NCBI GenBank assembly: GCA_030248215.1
Contig: JASANG010000440.1
Coordinates: 434,001 to 498,000, forward strand
DNA: 64,000 nt
From: Enoplolaimus lenunculus
Taxonomy: Eukaryota
Direction of reading: 5' to 3'
A program made the position numbers and the translations under genes. Below the pieces are notes generated by a model. The model worked only from the letters and a program-made list of their open reading frames with translations, had not been told where the DNA came from and ran no database searches. Each line of letters starts with the position of its first letter. Positions within the stretch are counted from its first letter, which is position 1. Of this stretch, positions 25,932 to 39,000 are shown in pieces.

Positions 25932-26893
25932 TGCGGGGTTCACGTTACTACTTGTACGTTTGGTGCCTATTTTTTCACATTACCCATACTTGGTGACAAG
26001 TATTTTCACGATACCCATATGGGTAAGTATTAGTACTACATAGCTAGTGGTACTTTCGGTCGAGCTACCCATATGGATAGCTCTAAAATTTTGATTACAC
26101 CCCGTATGGATTGCGGTTTTGTCCGCAAGATACCCATATGGGTTTTATTTTAATAGTGGCTACAGAAATTTTTTAAAATGTTTGTTTTGTCGTGTTATTT
26201 TGCTTGTTTGGATAGCTAGTATTTGTTCTTTTAAACTTTGTGTAGGGTGGGTCCACAGTTCTGGTAGATGTTTTATTTCCATAAATAAATATCGGATTAA
26301 TCACTCGAGTAGGTCCCAATGGTTCCTGGTGTTGTTTTAAGTTAGGACTGCTCATAGATAACGAGTTGTATATAATTTGTTTGTTGAAAATCCGGGCACA
26401 CAAGCATGTGAGACTTGCTTGTCCGTTATGAGCGAAATTTTGTGAAACGGCATGCAAACAGGAAATATCCCATAAATTTGTTTATACGGAATGTTTAAAG
26501 TATAGGCAGCTTTTACCTGCACAATATGCCTGCGAAATCCCCTAAAACAGGCGTATTTTACCAGGACCTTAACATAATACAAAAGCAGTATTAATCCTTC
26601 TTAAAATTTGCTTGTAACAGCAAGAAGAACACTAGATTTGTCTTTTACGTTTTTATCGTTTAATATTTTTACAAAAATAACTAATAATTTGCTATCCATA
26701 TGTGTTGGTGCAAAAGACATAAGAAACCATATGGGTAGCAAAACAACGGTTAGCAATCCATAGCTATAGCTGATACTTAGCCATATGGATAAGTAGAAGC
26801 TAGCTAGCTATACGCATGGATTGTATTTATCACCTGCTATGGGTTGGTGAAAAAACAGGTACCAAACGCACAAATGGTTACGTGAATCCCGCA
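25932..26893. mobile_element. PIF/Harbinger-like non-autonomous element with long imperfect TIRs
   Basis: TTA|TGCGGGGTTCACGTTACTACTTGTACGTTTGGTGCC ... GGTACCAAACGCACAAATGGTTACGTGAATCCCGCA|TTA; internal CCCATATGG motifs. Confidence 0.72.
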
Positions 26894-27246
26894 TTAGACG
26901 ACACTTAAATATAAGGCCACCTTTTTTACCAGACGCAGAAAAACTATGCACTATTTAAATAAACATAGGGCACATTCTCTCAGAACCCCACGTAAACAAA
27001 AATACAGCACAGAAGAGAGACGCGAAATTTTACTTTAAACTACAAATTCAACGAAATAGCAAATACAACGAATATATATTATGTTAGAAACAAACATCAA
27101 ATAGATTCGAGTGTAATTTATTACATTGAAAACTCCAGTCACGAACGCAACACAAGCCCACGTACCTACTATTTACTACAGCTTTTCATGATTCAGAATT
27201 CCCGGATTCAAAACAGAACAACACTTTTGAGCACTACATTCTAAGC

Positions 27247-27402
27247 GGCCCATGTTAATACTTTGATGGAGGAATCTTTTTTCGCTGCAATATTATAATA
27301 GAATAAACTTAAGCTTTAGGCATTTGTTTAGGCTTAGGCTTTTAGATATTTGCTTTAGGAATATGCTTATTCCACTGTTAGCTCCTCAAAGTAACATTGG
27401 CC
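27247..27402 (+). mobile_element. TTAGGC-carrying MITE (subfamily 2), degenerate
   Basis: GGCCCATGTTAATACTTTGA ... CCTCAAAGTAACATTGGCC, with internal TTAGGC. Confidence 0.65.
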
Positions 27403-27956
27403 TTAATAATAAACCAGGGTGTTAACAGATGGTAAAAATAACGAAAATGAAAAACACGTCATACAGAAGCATAACAGTTTTAAAAAATGTATATTTTTCT
27501 GCCAACACAATTGAAGCATGCGAATATTCACCGATCTTTCTAAAATTTTAAACAGGGCGAACTTCGTAATTTTTATTTCACTTTCTGTACCTAATGAAAA
27601 ATTGCGCGATACTTGATTCATAACTAATTTTAAGGATAAAAATAACGGAATTTTCGGTAGTTATATATAACGGGAACGAACAACGATTTTTACCGGAAAC
27701 GAATATTCGATTAAACATTGCATATTATCTAAACTGGTCCAACGTTACCACAAACATTCCCACGAATAGTAGCCAAAACAGTGCAACGCAACTAACTACA
27801 AACGCAGGATATGACAAACGTCAAGTCATTCAAAACCACATAGTATATGAAGCTTTAAAGCTGTATTCTCAACTGTGTGTAGCACCTATTGCTACTTTAG
27901 CAATATGTCCTGAAGCAATTCAGCCGACAAGCTGCAGATTATATAACGTAAATAAC

Positions 27957-28486
27957 GGAGCACATTATATAAAGTAGGGTGCAAGCACAGGTGAAAACTA
28001 CCGGACCCAGAAGTAAACAAAATTTGCCAGAGCCGGAAGCAAAGCGCTATATTTCGTAGTTAAGGGAGCACATTATATAAAGTAGGGTGCAAGCACAGGT
28101 GAAAACTACCGGACCCAGAAGTAAACAAAATTTGCCAGAGCCGGAAGCAAAGCGCTATATTTCGTAGTTAAGGGAGCACATTATATAAAGTAGGGTGCAA
28201 GCACAGGTGAAAACTACCGGACCCACAAGTAAACAAAATTTGCCAGAGCCGGAAGCAAAGCGCTATATTTCGTAGTTAAGGGAGCACATTATATAAAGTA
28301 GGGTGCAAGCACAGGTGAAAACTACCGGACCCAGAAGTAAACAAAATTTGCCAGAGCCGGAAGCAAAGCGCTATATTTCGTAGTTAAGGGAGCACATTAT
28401 ATAAAGTAGGGTGCAAGCACAGGTGAAAACTACCGGACCCAAAATTTGCCAGAGCCGGAAGCAAAGCGCTATATTTCGTAGTTAAG
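27957..28486. repeat. Tandem repeat, 108-bp unit x5
   Basis: GGAGCACATTATATAAAG starts at 27957, 28065, 28173, 28281 and 28389; the last unit has a 10-bp deletion. Confidence 0.95.
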
Positions 28487-29994
28487 ATAATGTCTAAATT
28501 GCTAATTTTAGCAAATATTCGTATAAAGTTGCCCAAAACTTTAGTCCACTTACGCTTGTTTTTAAGGCTATACGTCTTTGTATATGGAAAATTTCATTTC
28601 TAAAACTGCCGGTACCTCCAGTAGGAATTTTACTACAGCTGGAGGTCAATTTTCCGCCGATGCCGGAGGCACAGCTCTGCTGGTACCCCGACGCAAGGTC
28701 AAAAAGTGTGCCAAATTTTGAAACTATCCATTGACAAGTTATGGTGCTGCACACACTTCACATGTATACCCGAGGGGCCGACCGTTTTTCCGCGTGACTA
28801 CATTTTACAGTAAGCTAAAACTTTAGAGTATTTTTGTTTAGGCATAGGCGTAGGCTTAGTTATAGGCTTATCAATCGCCGCCAAAGCCACGTTTGCTTAC
28901 ATCAAGTTTTGTGGCCATTGTTGGTTTTTACGGAAAAATTAGCATATGCAGGTTATTAAAAACTTTACGTAAATACACTACTACAGTAAGTTAGAGTCAA
29001 ACTTAACTCATGTCTCTGCAACCCAGTCAGTATCAACTGCATTGCTAAAATTCGGTTGGGGTCCACCTAAGGCTATCACGAATAACAAAAAAACTACATA
29101 CATTTCACAAAACATACACAAAATGTATAAAAATGACTACGGACTGCTATTATAATGCCGCCAGCAACGTTAAGTCCAGTATTAGAGTTGCGCTATACGT
29201 ACTCGTCGCGTGCCGGCGTACTACTGCACAGTAAAAATTTTGCGCGCACCGCCGTCCGACTCAGTAAAGTATATCGCAACCCTTATAAAGTCAATAATGC
29301 GCCGTTCACAATAATTTGGTCAAGCTCACCATTCATCGATTCATAGTTTACACGATATTTTTGTTCGTTTTTTATACCATTGTCAATTTTTCGCTGTGTT
29401 TAACAAAAATGAAGTGTAAACAGCTTCAAGAATAGCATGGTCTGAATGAGGCAAACATATTTTGAGGTAATTTTACCATAAAATATACAACAGCTTAACC
29501 GATCAAGCGGCATAGCGCGTACATTTAGTTATTTTCGTGTTTAGGAAGAAACTCACTGCCAGATGCAGCCTATTTCTTAAAACTATTGTTTTACCGATGT
29601 ACCATTTTCCACCAAAACACGACAGCATACACATGTAATTACAGTCATGGACAGAATTAAGTGCAACTATAATCGCGTCCGAACCACGGCTTCTATCGCC
29701 AAAACGTAATTCATCGTTTCTTGGATATAGACAAGTACAATTTGTTTTGCTAGCAATTACTGCGATCCTAACACCGCAACCGCGGTTTCTTATATGAAAT
29801 TGACAGTCACTTGTAAACGCTATGACAACCGCGGTTTGGAATGTGACTGTCATCGTAACTGTAGAAGCGAACAACGAAAATCTAAACGAAAATCTAAGCG
29901 CGATTACAAAACTGGAGCAACAGTTACTGTGCACTTAATTCCGTTCGTTATTGTACATACAATGAAAAACTAAACCTTACCTAAATGGTATCTT

Positions 29995-32900
29995 TTATTT
30001 AAAATCTCCTTCAGAGCACACACCCTCGTCGTTATCAATCAAACATTGTTTGTCTTCATCTTTGGAATTTATACTGCATTTAAAACCCGTTCTCGGTTTG
30101 ACAACATACGTAAATCTTTCAAACAACGCCCGAACAATACTGCCTGGCAGCTTTTGATGAGCCTTGACTAGACGTGCAACAGATTCCATAATCTAAAAAA
30201 CACACAACGTAAACACATATATGCATCAAATGGTGATAAGTTTTGTAGCTTTCGAACCAGTGAATGGTGAGGTTTTAAATTCACCACAGTTTTCAGATTT
30301 GATATGTGCTACGACTGTGGCAATTGCAGGAGTTTATCAGTTGACAACCTACCGCTAACTGGTGATACCCGCTATACACCATATGAGAATACGTGCATAC
30401 ATCGCAATACAGCATCACTTTTGTCACCTGCTAAGCGTTAAGCTATTTTAGTAAATCGAAATTAGTAAACTGGACGAAACTTTACACAATAATAAAAAAC
30501 ATAAAACCCATGCATGCCTTACCTTCGTTCGTGCATCTTCAACAGAAATATCTTTATCAAAGAGCAACGGTTCGCTGAGATAAGTCCTATAATATCAAGA
30601 TTGACAACCGTTCAATATCAGAAATTGACACTAAAACAATTGAATCACAAATTTTTTAAGTAATGCTTGCTGTGCTCACCTACCCCACCCACTCGCATAA
30701 ACTGTATAGCCCTAAACACGGCGTTTTGAACGTATATTTTTCTACTTACACAAGCTTCACAGGAAATCCACCATACAACGGAATTAACGGCAGTCGTGTG
30801 CGTTCGTAAATTCGTCGAAAAACTGCTAAAACCAACAAATAGAACCATGTGTTTATGATCAATAGCAGTTACAGGGTTGTAACAAGAGTCAACTCAAAGC
30901 TGGATCTGAGCTATTGCACGACGGAACACAGTAGCAGCAATTTGCTCACTGTAGTAATGTTAAACCGGTGAGTGGCTACAATAGCGGTCCGCCAATAAGT
31001 ACGTCATAAATAACAAGATAATATAACAGTGCTGAGAGCAACTGGGCTGCAACCTAAGCCTGGATGTCATTGGGTTAAAACCCGAAACTAACAGATGCTA
31101 TGAACCATTAAAATACATGTGTTTTAAAGAATGCAAACTGCAAATAATTATGATGTGAATCGAACAGACTGAGCCAACTATCAAAAAACTCCAGTTTTCT
31201 AATTTATCAACTATTCAATCATGTCATAGTGCGACACGAATTCGTTGAACCACTTTAAATTGGATTCAACTTATACCTGTCACCCTCACCAGACCGCAAG
31301 ACGAAACGCAACAATACTAAGTACCTAAGTATTGAATAGTATGCCCGTCTAGTTTAACATTTAGCAAAAAATTCCTTGAATAGTAACTGATTTTTAATTT
31401 AAGAGCCCCGACGTTTAAATATATACAACTACTGATACGCGAATGAGACACATAACATACACACAACAATATGACTGCTTGCGTATGTGTGGCAAATTCC
31501 AACCAGCTTGGATCAAAACCCCATGTAATCTATTGCACAGCATAAGACAGTCTGGAATAAATGTTTCACTTGTTACATATAGTTTGCAAGAATGGGATTA
31601 AGTTACTGCAGCACTGCAGAATAAAAATAAATTCACTACAAATGAAAATATTCACCTTTGCCCCATTTCGGAGTACGGAATGATTCTCGACAATTTCGAG
31701 TGAACATTGGTATCACAGGCTACAAATAAGGTTGACATATCATAAATCATAATCGAAATTCAAATACCAAAAAGTGCAGCGATGAATCAAGTATTCCATA
31801 CCAATTCAAATACCAAGAAGTACAGCGATGAATCAAGTATTCCACGTCTATTCCAATTTTAGTACAGTATGCTTAAGGCACAGATCGGATACTACATTAC
31901 ATCATCATGCGAAGACTGAAACCCTAGCCACCTAAATGATAATAATTTTATGCGAACGGTTCATTTCAACTAATTTTTCAAACAGAAACGCAAGAGAAAT
32001 AACAATTTCTCTGATCAGATACCCTGATATACACCAAAAAATGAAATTAATAGCATTCCTCTTGAACGTTAAGCGCAAAAGTATCGGCAAAGAATCGGCA
32101 TTTTTTTTGCAGTGCCGACATCTCTAATAGACACGTACGCAAACACAGTATACTGAGCGTTTCGTTGCCTGCCCACCAGGGTGCAACCGGAATTCCGGTT
32201 CCGGTTCCGGCATTTTTTCACCTACCGGTTCCGGTTCCGGTAAATTTTTACCGGATTTAAAAATTCCGGTGTTATAATTTGGCCGTTTAAGAATCTCTTT
32301 TGAAAGCCACTTGTACTCAGAATATAAGCCGTTGATGGTGGATTTCACTTCAGTCGACGACGAAAATCTAAAATACAACAAATAAAATAAATACCTGTGT
32401 TCGACTAAGGTTGTTTCACAAATAATAGAGCAAAAAATACGATTAAAATGAAATTTTTGGTGAAATGCATTTTTCATTTTCCGGTTCCGGTTCCGGTAAA
32501 ATTTTCAAATTCCGGTTCCGGTTCCGGTAAATTGTAATTCCGGTTGCACCCTGCTGCCCACACAATATACCGTGTTACCTATTGCTCCAATTAAGATATC
32601 ACCAGCATGTAGAAATTTTTAAGCTAAATTTAGATAAAACCTCCAAAAGCGGCAGAACGTTTTTGACGTTACCCCAGCACCAATTTAAATCCTAGAGAAG
32701 CGCTGTCAATTTTCACATGAAGTTTATTGAAAAATCAATAAAAACTTAAACTCTCGAAACTAAGATAGCATCGATCAATCTTTAAATTATTCACAACTTA
32801 CGTACCACACCAGACCTGACGGCAATTTCTGCGAATCCTTTTCGCGAGCCCCATATTAAATCGTAGTATTGAGGATCAACAAATAACGCTTCTCTCATTC

Positions 32901-34163
32901 CTCCAGGCGAAATACACAGCAAACTACCACCACCTCCGCTGTTATCTGCATCGTTTCCGCTTAGCATTTCAACGCAAACATCGACAGTACCCGGTGTCAC
33001 TTGGAAGACTTCCATTAACGTTTTCCATCCTAAAATTCAATAACGCAACATAACTCAAAAAATGTACGGTTGTGCAAAACAGCAAATTTATGCTTCTGTC
33101 GAATATTTCATTCCGAGAAAGTTCAGTAACAAGAAGACAGCTAGATAGTGCTAATCTATTCATTTTGTGTGACATAAAGATCATTGCTTTAGGTATTTTC
33201 ACTGTGAAGTTATAACAATCTAAAAATATAATTTGTGTTTTTACGCCGAGCTGTACTCTTACATGAACTACCTATATACTTTACTCTGATACAAAACATT
33301 TTCTTACCACTTCGAAATATAATTCTTTTAATGAAGAAACTCGAAACTGTTGTTATTGCTATGTACCTGGAACGCTAAATAGAATCTTATCGGCAACACA
33401 TCTTAGCCTGCGACGTTTATATAGAATAATTTTGGCCATAAGATAATAGATATCGATTGGAACAGTTCCATGATAATAGATAATAAGTGCAGGAGCTTCA
33501 TCTGGAATGTTTTCAAACCCGACTACTTCGTAGCCTAAAATTATAAAAGCGCATATACGTATATATGCAAAGCATGCAAAGTGTTATCATTGCACGCTAC
33601 ATACGTATAATATCAGAGCCCAGTTGTTTTAACGGCTTTAACGATAGCCCCTGAACAAAATTAGCATTTCCAGAATTGTTAGCAAAAACACATTTTCAAC
33701 CATACTCAACATATCTACATTGCGATATGCCGTAATACGTAAGTATATAACATGCATTGACCCCTCTCAAACAGTTTAAAACTATTGGTAATTTCAGAAG
33801 ACATTCGAACGTTAACAAATTATATTTCTTTGCCACAAGTACGTATGTTATATGCATCGTAAATTTCTTTTACATACCATGCCAAATCCAACCTTGTGCG
33901 TCCCAAAACGATGCAATGCTAACCATAGCGCCATCCCAAATGTCTTTTGAATACGCTTCCTTGATACGATGTCGCAACTTATATACATGTAAAAATAATG
34001 CAGATCCATACATAAAGATCAATAAAACAACAGGAAGTAATAACATTACGATCAGTGGTGTAAACAGCCACAACAACCAGCGTGCATAATCAATGTCGAT
34101 GGCATTGAATATACGGCTCATTAATGATTCGAGTACCATTTCACAGTTTTGAGAATCAGCCAT
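29995..34163 (-). CDS. TMEM68: TMEM68-family (DIESL) acyltransferase, ~359 aa, 7 coding exons
   Basis: Exons 33878-34163, 33367-33534, 32806-33029, 31656-31719, 30750-30825, 30523-30586 and 29995-30192 total 1080 nt, phases consistent. Motifs FWDAQGWIWHGYEVVGFENIP, IIYYHGTVPID (HxxxxD acyltransferase motif), ISPGGMREALF, PVIPMFTRNCRE, LYGGFPVKL and HQKLPGSIVRALFERF. Confidence 0.92.
32177..32553. mobile_element. hAT-like MITE (CAGGGTGCAACCGGAATT TIR)
   Basis: CAGGGTGCAACCGGAATT...AATTCCGGTTGCACCCTG with exact 8-bp TSD CTGCCCAC; homologous to 23284-23691. Confidence 0.88.
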
Positions 34164-34671
34164 TATATACACCGGGAGTATATCACAAAGGCGCGTTGTG
34201 TAGTAAACAATACGCTGTTCCACACTATATGAATAATTCATATGTTAATATGTGCATAAATCATTGAGTAATTCATTGTTAATCATACTGTTACAAATAA
34301 TATGTACAAATTTACTATATCTTGAAGTGCGTGTGAAACAAAGCTACAGCAACATAATTAAAAAGATTTTGCTGCGTACTATTAAATATCAAGTTGCACT
34401 TCAACGTTTTTCATAAGAAAGACACTTGGGTATAAAAATCGAAAAAATTCCCGGAACAGTAGGTCATGTTATTAGTTTTAGAAATCTTCATGTCGAGCTG
34501 ATTACGATTATGTCAAAGTTATCGCAAAATTCGTGTTTCTTGATTTCATCACACGCTGCTGAAGAAGAGTCGTCACAGCACACACAGTACAAAATTAGCA
34601 TAACACTGCCAGTCAATGCAGAAACGGGACATCAATCCTAAATACTAAGTAGTTGAAAAATAAGGCAATGG

Positions 34672-34735
34672 GCAGGTTCGAACTATCAAGTTACAGATCT
34701 TTAAGCGAACGCTCCACGACTACGCCACGCTGCCC
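34672..34735 (-). pseudogene. tRNA-derived (SINE-head-like) sequence between TMEM68 and NFS1
   Basis: Minus strand GGGCAGCGTGGCGTAGTCGTGGAGCGTTCGC...GATCTGTAACTTGATAGTTCGAACC. Confidence 0.45.
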
Positions 34736-36017
34736 ACCTCTCAAAGTACTTTCATCGTCGACTATATACGTCAAACGTATGCTTTCGGGTATAATACGTA
34801 CAACGCACTGTACTACATTGCATGTGAACATAACGGTGTACAACGTGCTTTAATGCCCCAATTTTCAACAAGACCGTCCCTGGGCCGATCTGTTTAATAA
34901 GCATAGAGTAAAAAAGTTGATTCGACATCAGTTCGGGATCGGCAAAATTTCAAAATAAGAATCGGCACCGGTATCGCTATCGGCAAAAATTTTGGAGTCG
35001 GCACATCCCCACTTCAAAGGCTTAGTTTTATGCTTATGTTCAAGCCTGAGTTTAAATTTAAAATTCGCCTCTCTTGTACCATTTAGTTTAAACCCAAAGT
35101 CTTATAAAAAGCAAAACTCGAGACGCGAGCAGCAAATAAACAACTTTGTTTAAATCAATGAAAGCAGATACGGTGCTGCACCTTAACAGTTGACAAAAAA
35201 TGCTTATTGCTCAAATTCTAGCTATGCATTTTAAATTGCTCTAAATATGCTTTGGAAAATATTCACCAAGCAAAAACGAGCCCATATTGAACGTTCGGTA
35301 CCCTGGTTAGCGCCCCTATGCACTAAAAGTAGAGATGATTTTGTTTCTCTAGGAGGCCTCGTTTATTTTGGCCAATGAAAGTTTGTACAAGCAGGTAAAT
35401 ATTTGACAAGTTTCTAAATTTCGGTTGCTAATACCGTCAGACTCTCTAAATGCATCGAATGATTCGAATCTGTATCTGTAGACGAATTTTTCAACAAAAT
35501 AAAGTTATAGAGTAAACATAAATATTTGGCTTAGGTTTAGACATTTATTAATACACTTAGGCTTATTTGTTCGATCATATCACGACAAAGTTTGCTATCG
35601 CCTTGGGACGACTTAAAATGCAGCGCCTATCTGTCATTGTTAATATACCTAATTTCGTAAGGAAAAAACCTAGCTAGTTGCTGTAGCATTTACAAATGTG
35701 AAAGTTTAATTTTTTATTATGGATGTAAAGTGAACAAATGTCAAATGGCCTCGTGATTAGTTACATGAACACTAATCGGGCGAGAACCAGACAAAATGTT
35801 TGGATTAAATCTTGCCACAGCATACTTGTCGGTATATGTGCAGGCAGCGACACATGGCTAATTCGTTTCTACCGTTGTCGCGTTTGGGCAGTCGAGCTTG
35901 GCCAATTGCCGCTTTGGCATTTGTCTGTGGAATCGTCATAATTTGGTGCTAAGTATACGCATTTGATAATAAGGGCCTAGAAATTATACAACTTAGATAG
36001 TATATGTGTGTAGTTCG

Positions 36018-39000
36018 ATGAAATCTGTCATACATTTTGTCGGAAAAACCGGCAATTCGTTGTTTCAACCTGCTGCGAAAGGAGTAGTGTCACGGCGATT
36101 CATCGCATTGGAAGCTTCGAAATCGGCACAAACCCAAGAACCCACTATTGAAGAATATGAAAAAGCTGGATATCGACCCCTGTATCTTGACGTTCAGGTA
36201 AATTAAATGACATACATTGATTGATTCAGCACTTGGTAGTTCCATTGTATGGGTGAGATTTTTATTGGTTCCGGCAAAAATAGACATACAGGTTTTGTGA
36301 TTCAGTGTATATGTATATATAATTTTCGCAAGCTTTATTAAACCAGAATGCAGTTTCAATTAGATGTTGTATATACGTAAAAGCACTGTTAGGTTCATAT
36401 GAAACAAAAAGAAATGGCGCGCGGGGAACAAAAGTCAAATTTCCGAAAAGATTTTTAAACTGTTTATAACTAGCTAAGTGAACTTTTATGTTAAATTTGA
36501 TGTAATGTGGGAGTGTACGTGTGTCAAAATGAGCCATGTAGGGCTTTAAAACGGTTCATCTATGACAACAGCACAGCAGAATAAGTTCGAAAAGTGTGTA
36601 ACATTTGTTATTCAGCCGAAATATAAGGTTACTACGCTATGTGGGTTCTTATTTTTCACTCATACTCGAACGGCGACAAAAACCTTAGGTCGTGGTGTGA
36701 AAACCTGCTTATGCAGCGTTCAGTCTTGTAGTCGTGTGCATTAAAATATGTCCTTCCTCGCAGATAAACATAATAGAACAAAACCTAAAAGAGAATCCAG
36801 ATTCAAAGTACGGCAGACAACGTCCTGGGCCCCGAAACTCTTGTCCGCTGTATATGAAGTCGATCGGGTCATCATAAAATGGTTAAACCTTAATCTGCGC
36901 TTGATTGGTGTGCAACAATTTACAATATTCATTTATATAGCATGTTTTGTGATTTAGGCAACTACTCCTGTCGACCCTCGTGTTCTGGATGCAATGCTAC
37001 CGTATTCGATATATCAGTTCGGCAATCCGCACAGCCGAACGCACCAGTACGGGTGGGAAAGTGAGGCTGCTATGGAAAAAGCTAGGAGTCAGGTATACAT
37101 GTCACAAAACTGGGTCGTAGATTAACCGGATTTAAGTTTTCGTCTATACCCAATTCCGTTACAGAAAGAGCTTTCAAGTCCAAAATTTTTGACATAATTC
37201 GTACCACCCATGCTGGTGCCAATCATTTTAAACAAACCATAGAATTCTTGAAACATGGCATTGAAATTAGACCTAGAATGATATTGATTGAGTTTTCCAT
37301 TCTAAATAGCAACAGTTACTTTAATACGCCGAACCTATATGGTAATTTACTGTTTCTGTTATTCTGTTATATATATCTCTGATTTACCGATAGCTGCAAA
37401 GTTAGCACAGATTAATTACAGAAAATGTAAGTAGAAACGAATACGTATTTGTTGGCCAGGTTGCTGAACTGATTGATGCTGATCCACGCGAAATTGTGTT
37501 TACGAGCGGTGCGACTGAGTCGAATAATGTCGCTGTCAAAGGCGTGGCACATTTTTACAAAGTGCAAGGCAAAAATCATGTCATCACAACGCAAACAGAG
37601 CATAAGTAAGTGCATTCTTCGAATTTTTGGCAAAGATTTATAGACGATTTTGGTGAAATTTTTGTAGGTATAGATTTCTCATGTCTTGTGATTGTCGATA
37701 AAAGGTCTGTGCATTTGTTGGGTTTCGACGGAGGGGTATGTTTACAGATAACATTATTTTTAAGGTAAAATCCTATTTAATCATTTCTGATCACTCGTGT
37801 GCATAATAATATGTAAGCGTATATATTTGACACGCTTATCTATTATATACATTATAACTGTAAAATTATACAAAAAGTGTGCTTAAGTACAAAAAACGTA
37901 AACTTTTTAAACTAAAAAGCTCAACCGGGGGCAAAAGGTCGAGTGGATGGCTTGAACCGAGGGGCACATCGAGTTTTGGGGCTTTGGCCGAATGATGGAC
38001 CATATTTTTCCCTCAGTAGCGAACCTCCAGTAGGTTGCATCCATATCGGGACCACTTGTTGTGTGGAGTCACAAGGTGTTAGCTTGTGATTTATATACAC
38101 CTTACGTGACAGGTGCGTTTTGGACTCGTGCAGATATTTGGAAAATGAAGGCTTTAATGTTACATACCTGCCAGTTCAAACGAACGGGTTAGTGGATTTG
38201 GAAGTTTTCGAAAAGTCACTAACTCCAGAAACTTTGTTGGTAAGTTTGCCTGCTAATGTCGTTCATCTATTCTGAGTATCTTGCGTAGAATATTTACCTG
38301 CTCCTTTTCTTTTGAATATCTATTTGTGTGTATCATGGTGTCGTTGAATATTTTTCAACGAAAAATTCAAAATTGTACAAAATCGCAATTGGTTTAATAC
38401 TTCGAAATATGCAATTGTTTTCGGTCGCTGATTATTGTGAAATCTAACAATAATTACTTGTCATGTATGGCCGTTGACAACTAAAATTTTTACTGTGCGC
38501 ATTTCCTCATATCCCCAAAATGCTTTGGTATGTCCCACTAGCTTTGAAATTCGCAATTTCCGGAGTTTGTGGCTTTGACAACGTGTCTGAAAAAGGTTTT
38601 AGGTTATGCACGCATCTGAGAATTTGAACACCGCTTTTGTTCTGATGTAGTTTGCGGACAAAATATAATATGAACAAAAGGAGGCAAAAGAATGCAGGTG
38701 CTGCAGTGATATTGCATTGTGTACTTATCGTAGAAGCTGTGCAAACTGCTACACATGCTTAGCTGTTTCAGCTTGAGCTGTGTGCTTTGACGGTAGTATA
38801 CAGCGTTTTTTGCTGGAAATATAAGCACTTGTAGATACCATCCTCCTAGAGTGACAACGGTAATATCTGGGTGCTTGTCGGACAAACGGCACAGACGATA
38901 AAGTTGTAATTTGTGCTGCTACATGACAAGCTACATTCATGTATTTGCTAGTTTTCGATAAGTTTGTACTAAGGATGTGTTGATTGATTGGTATTGGTAA

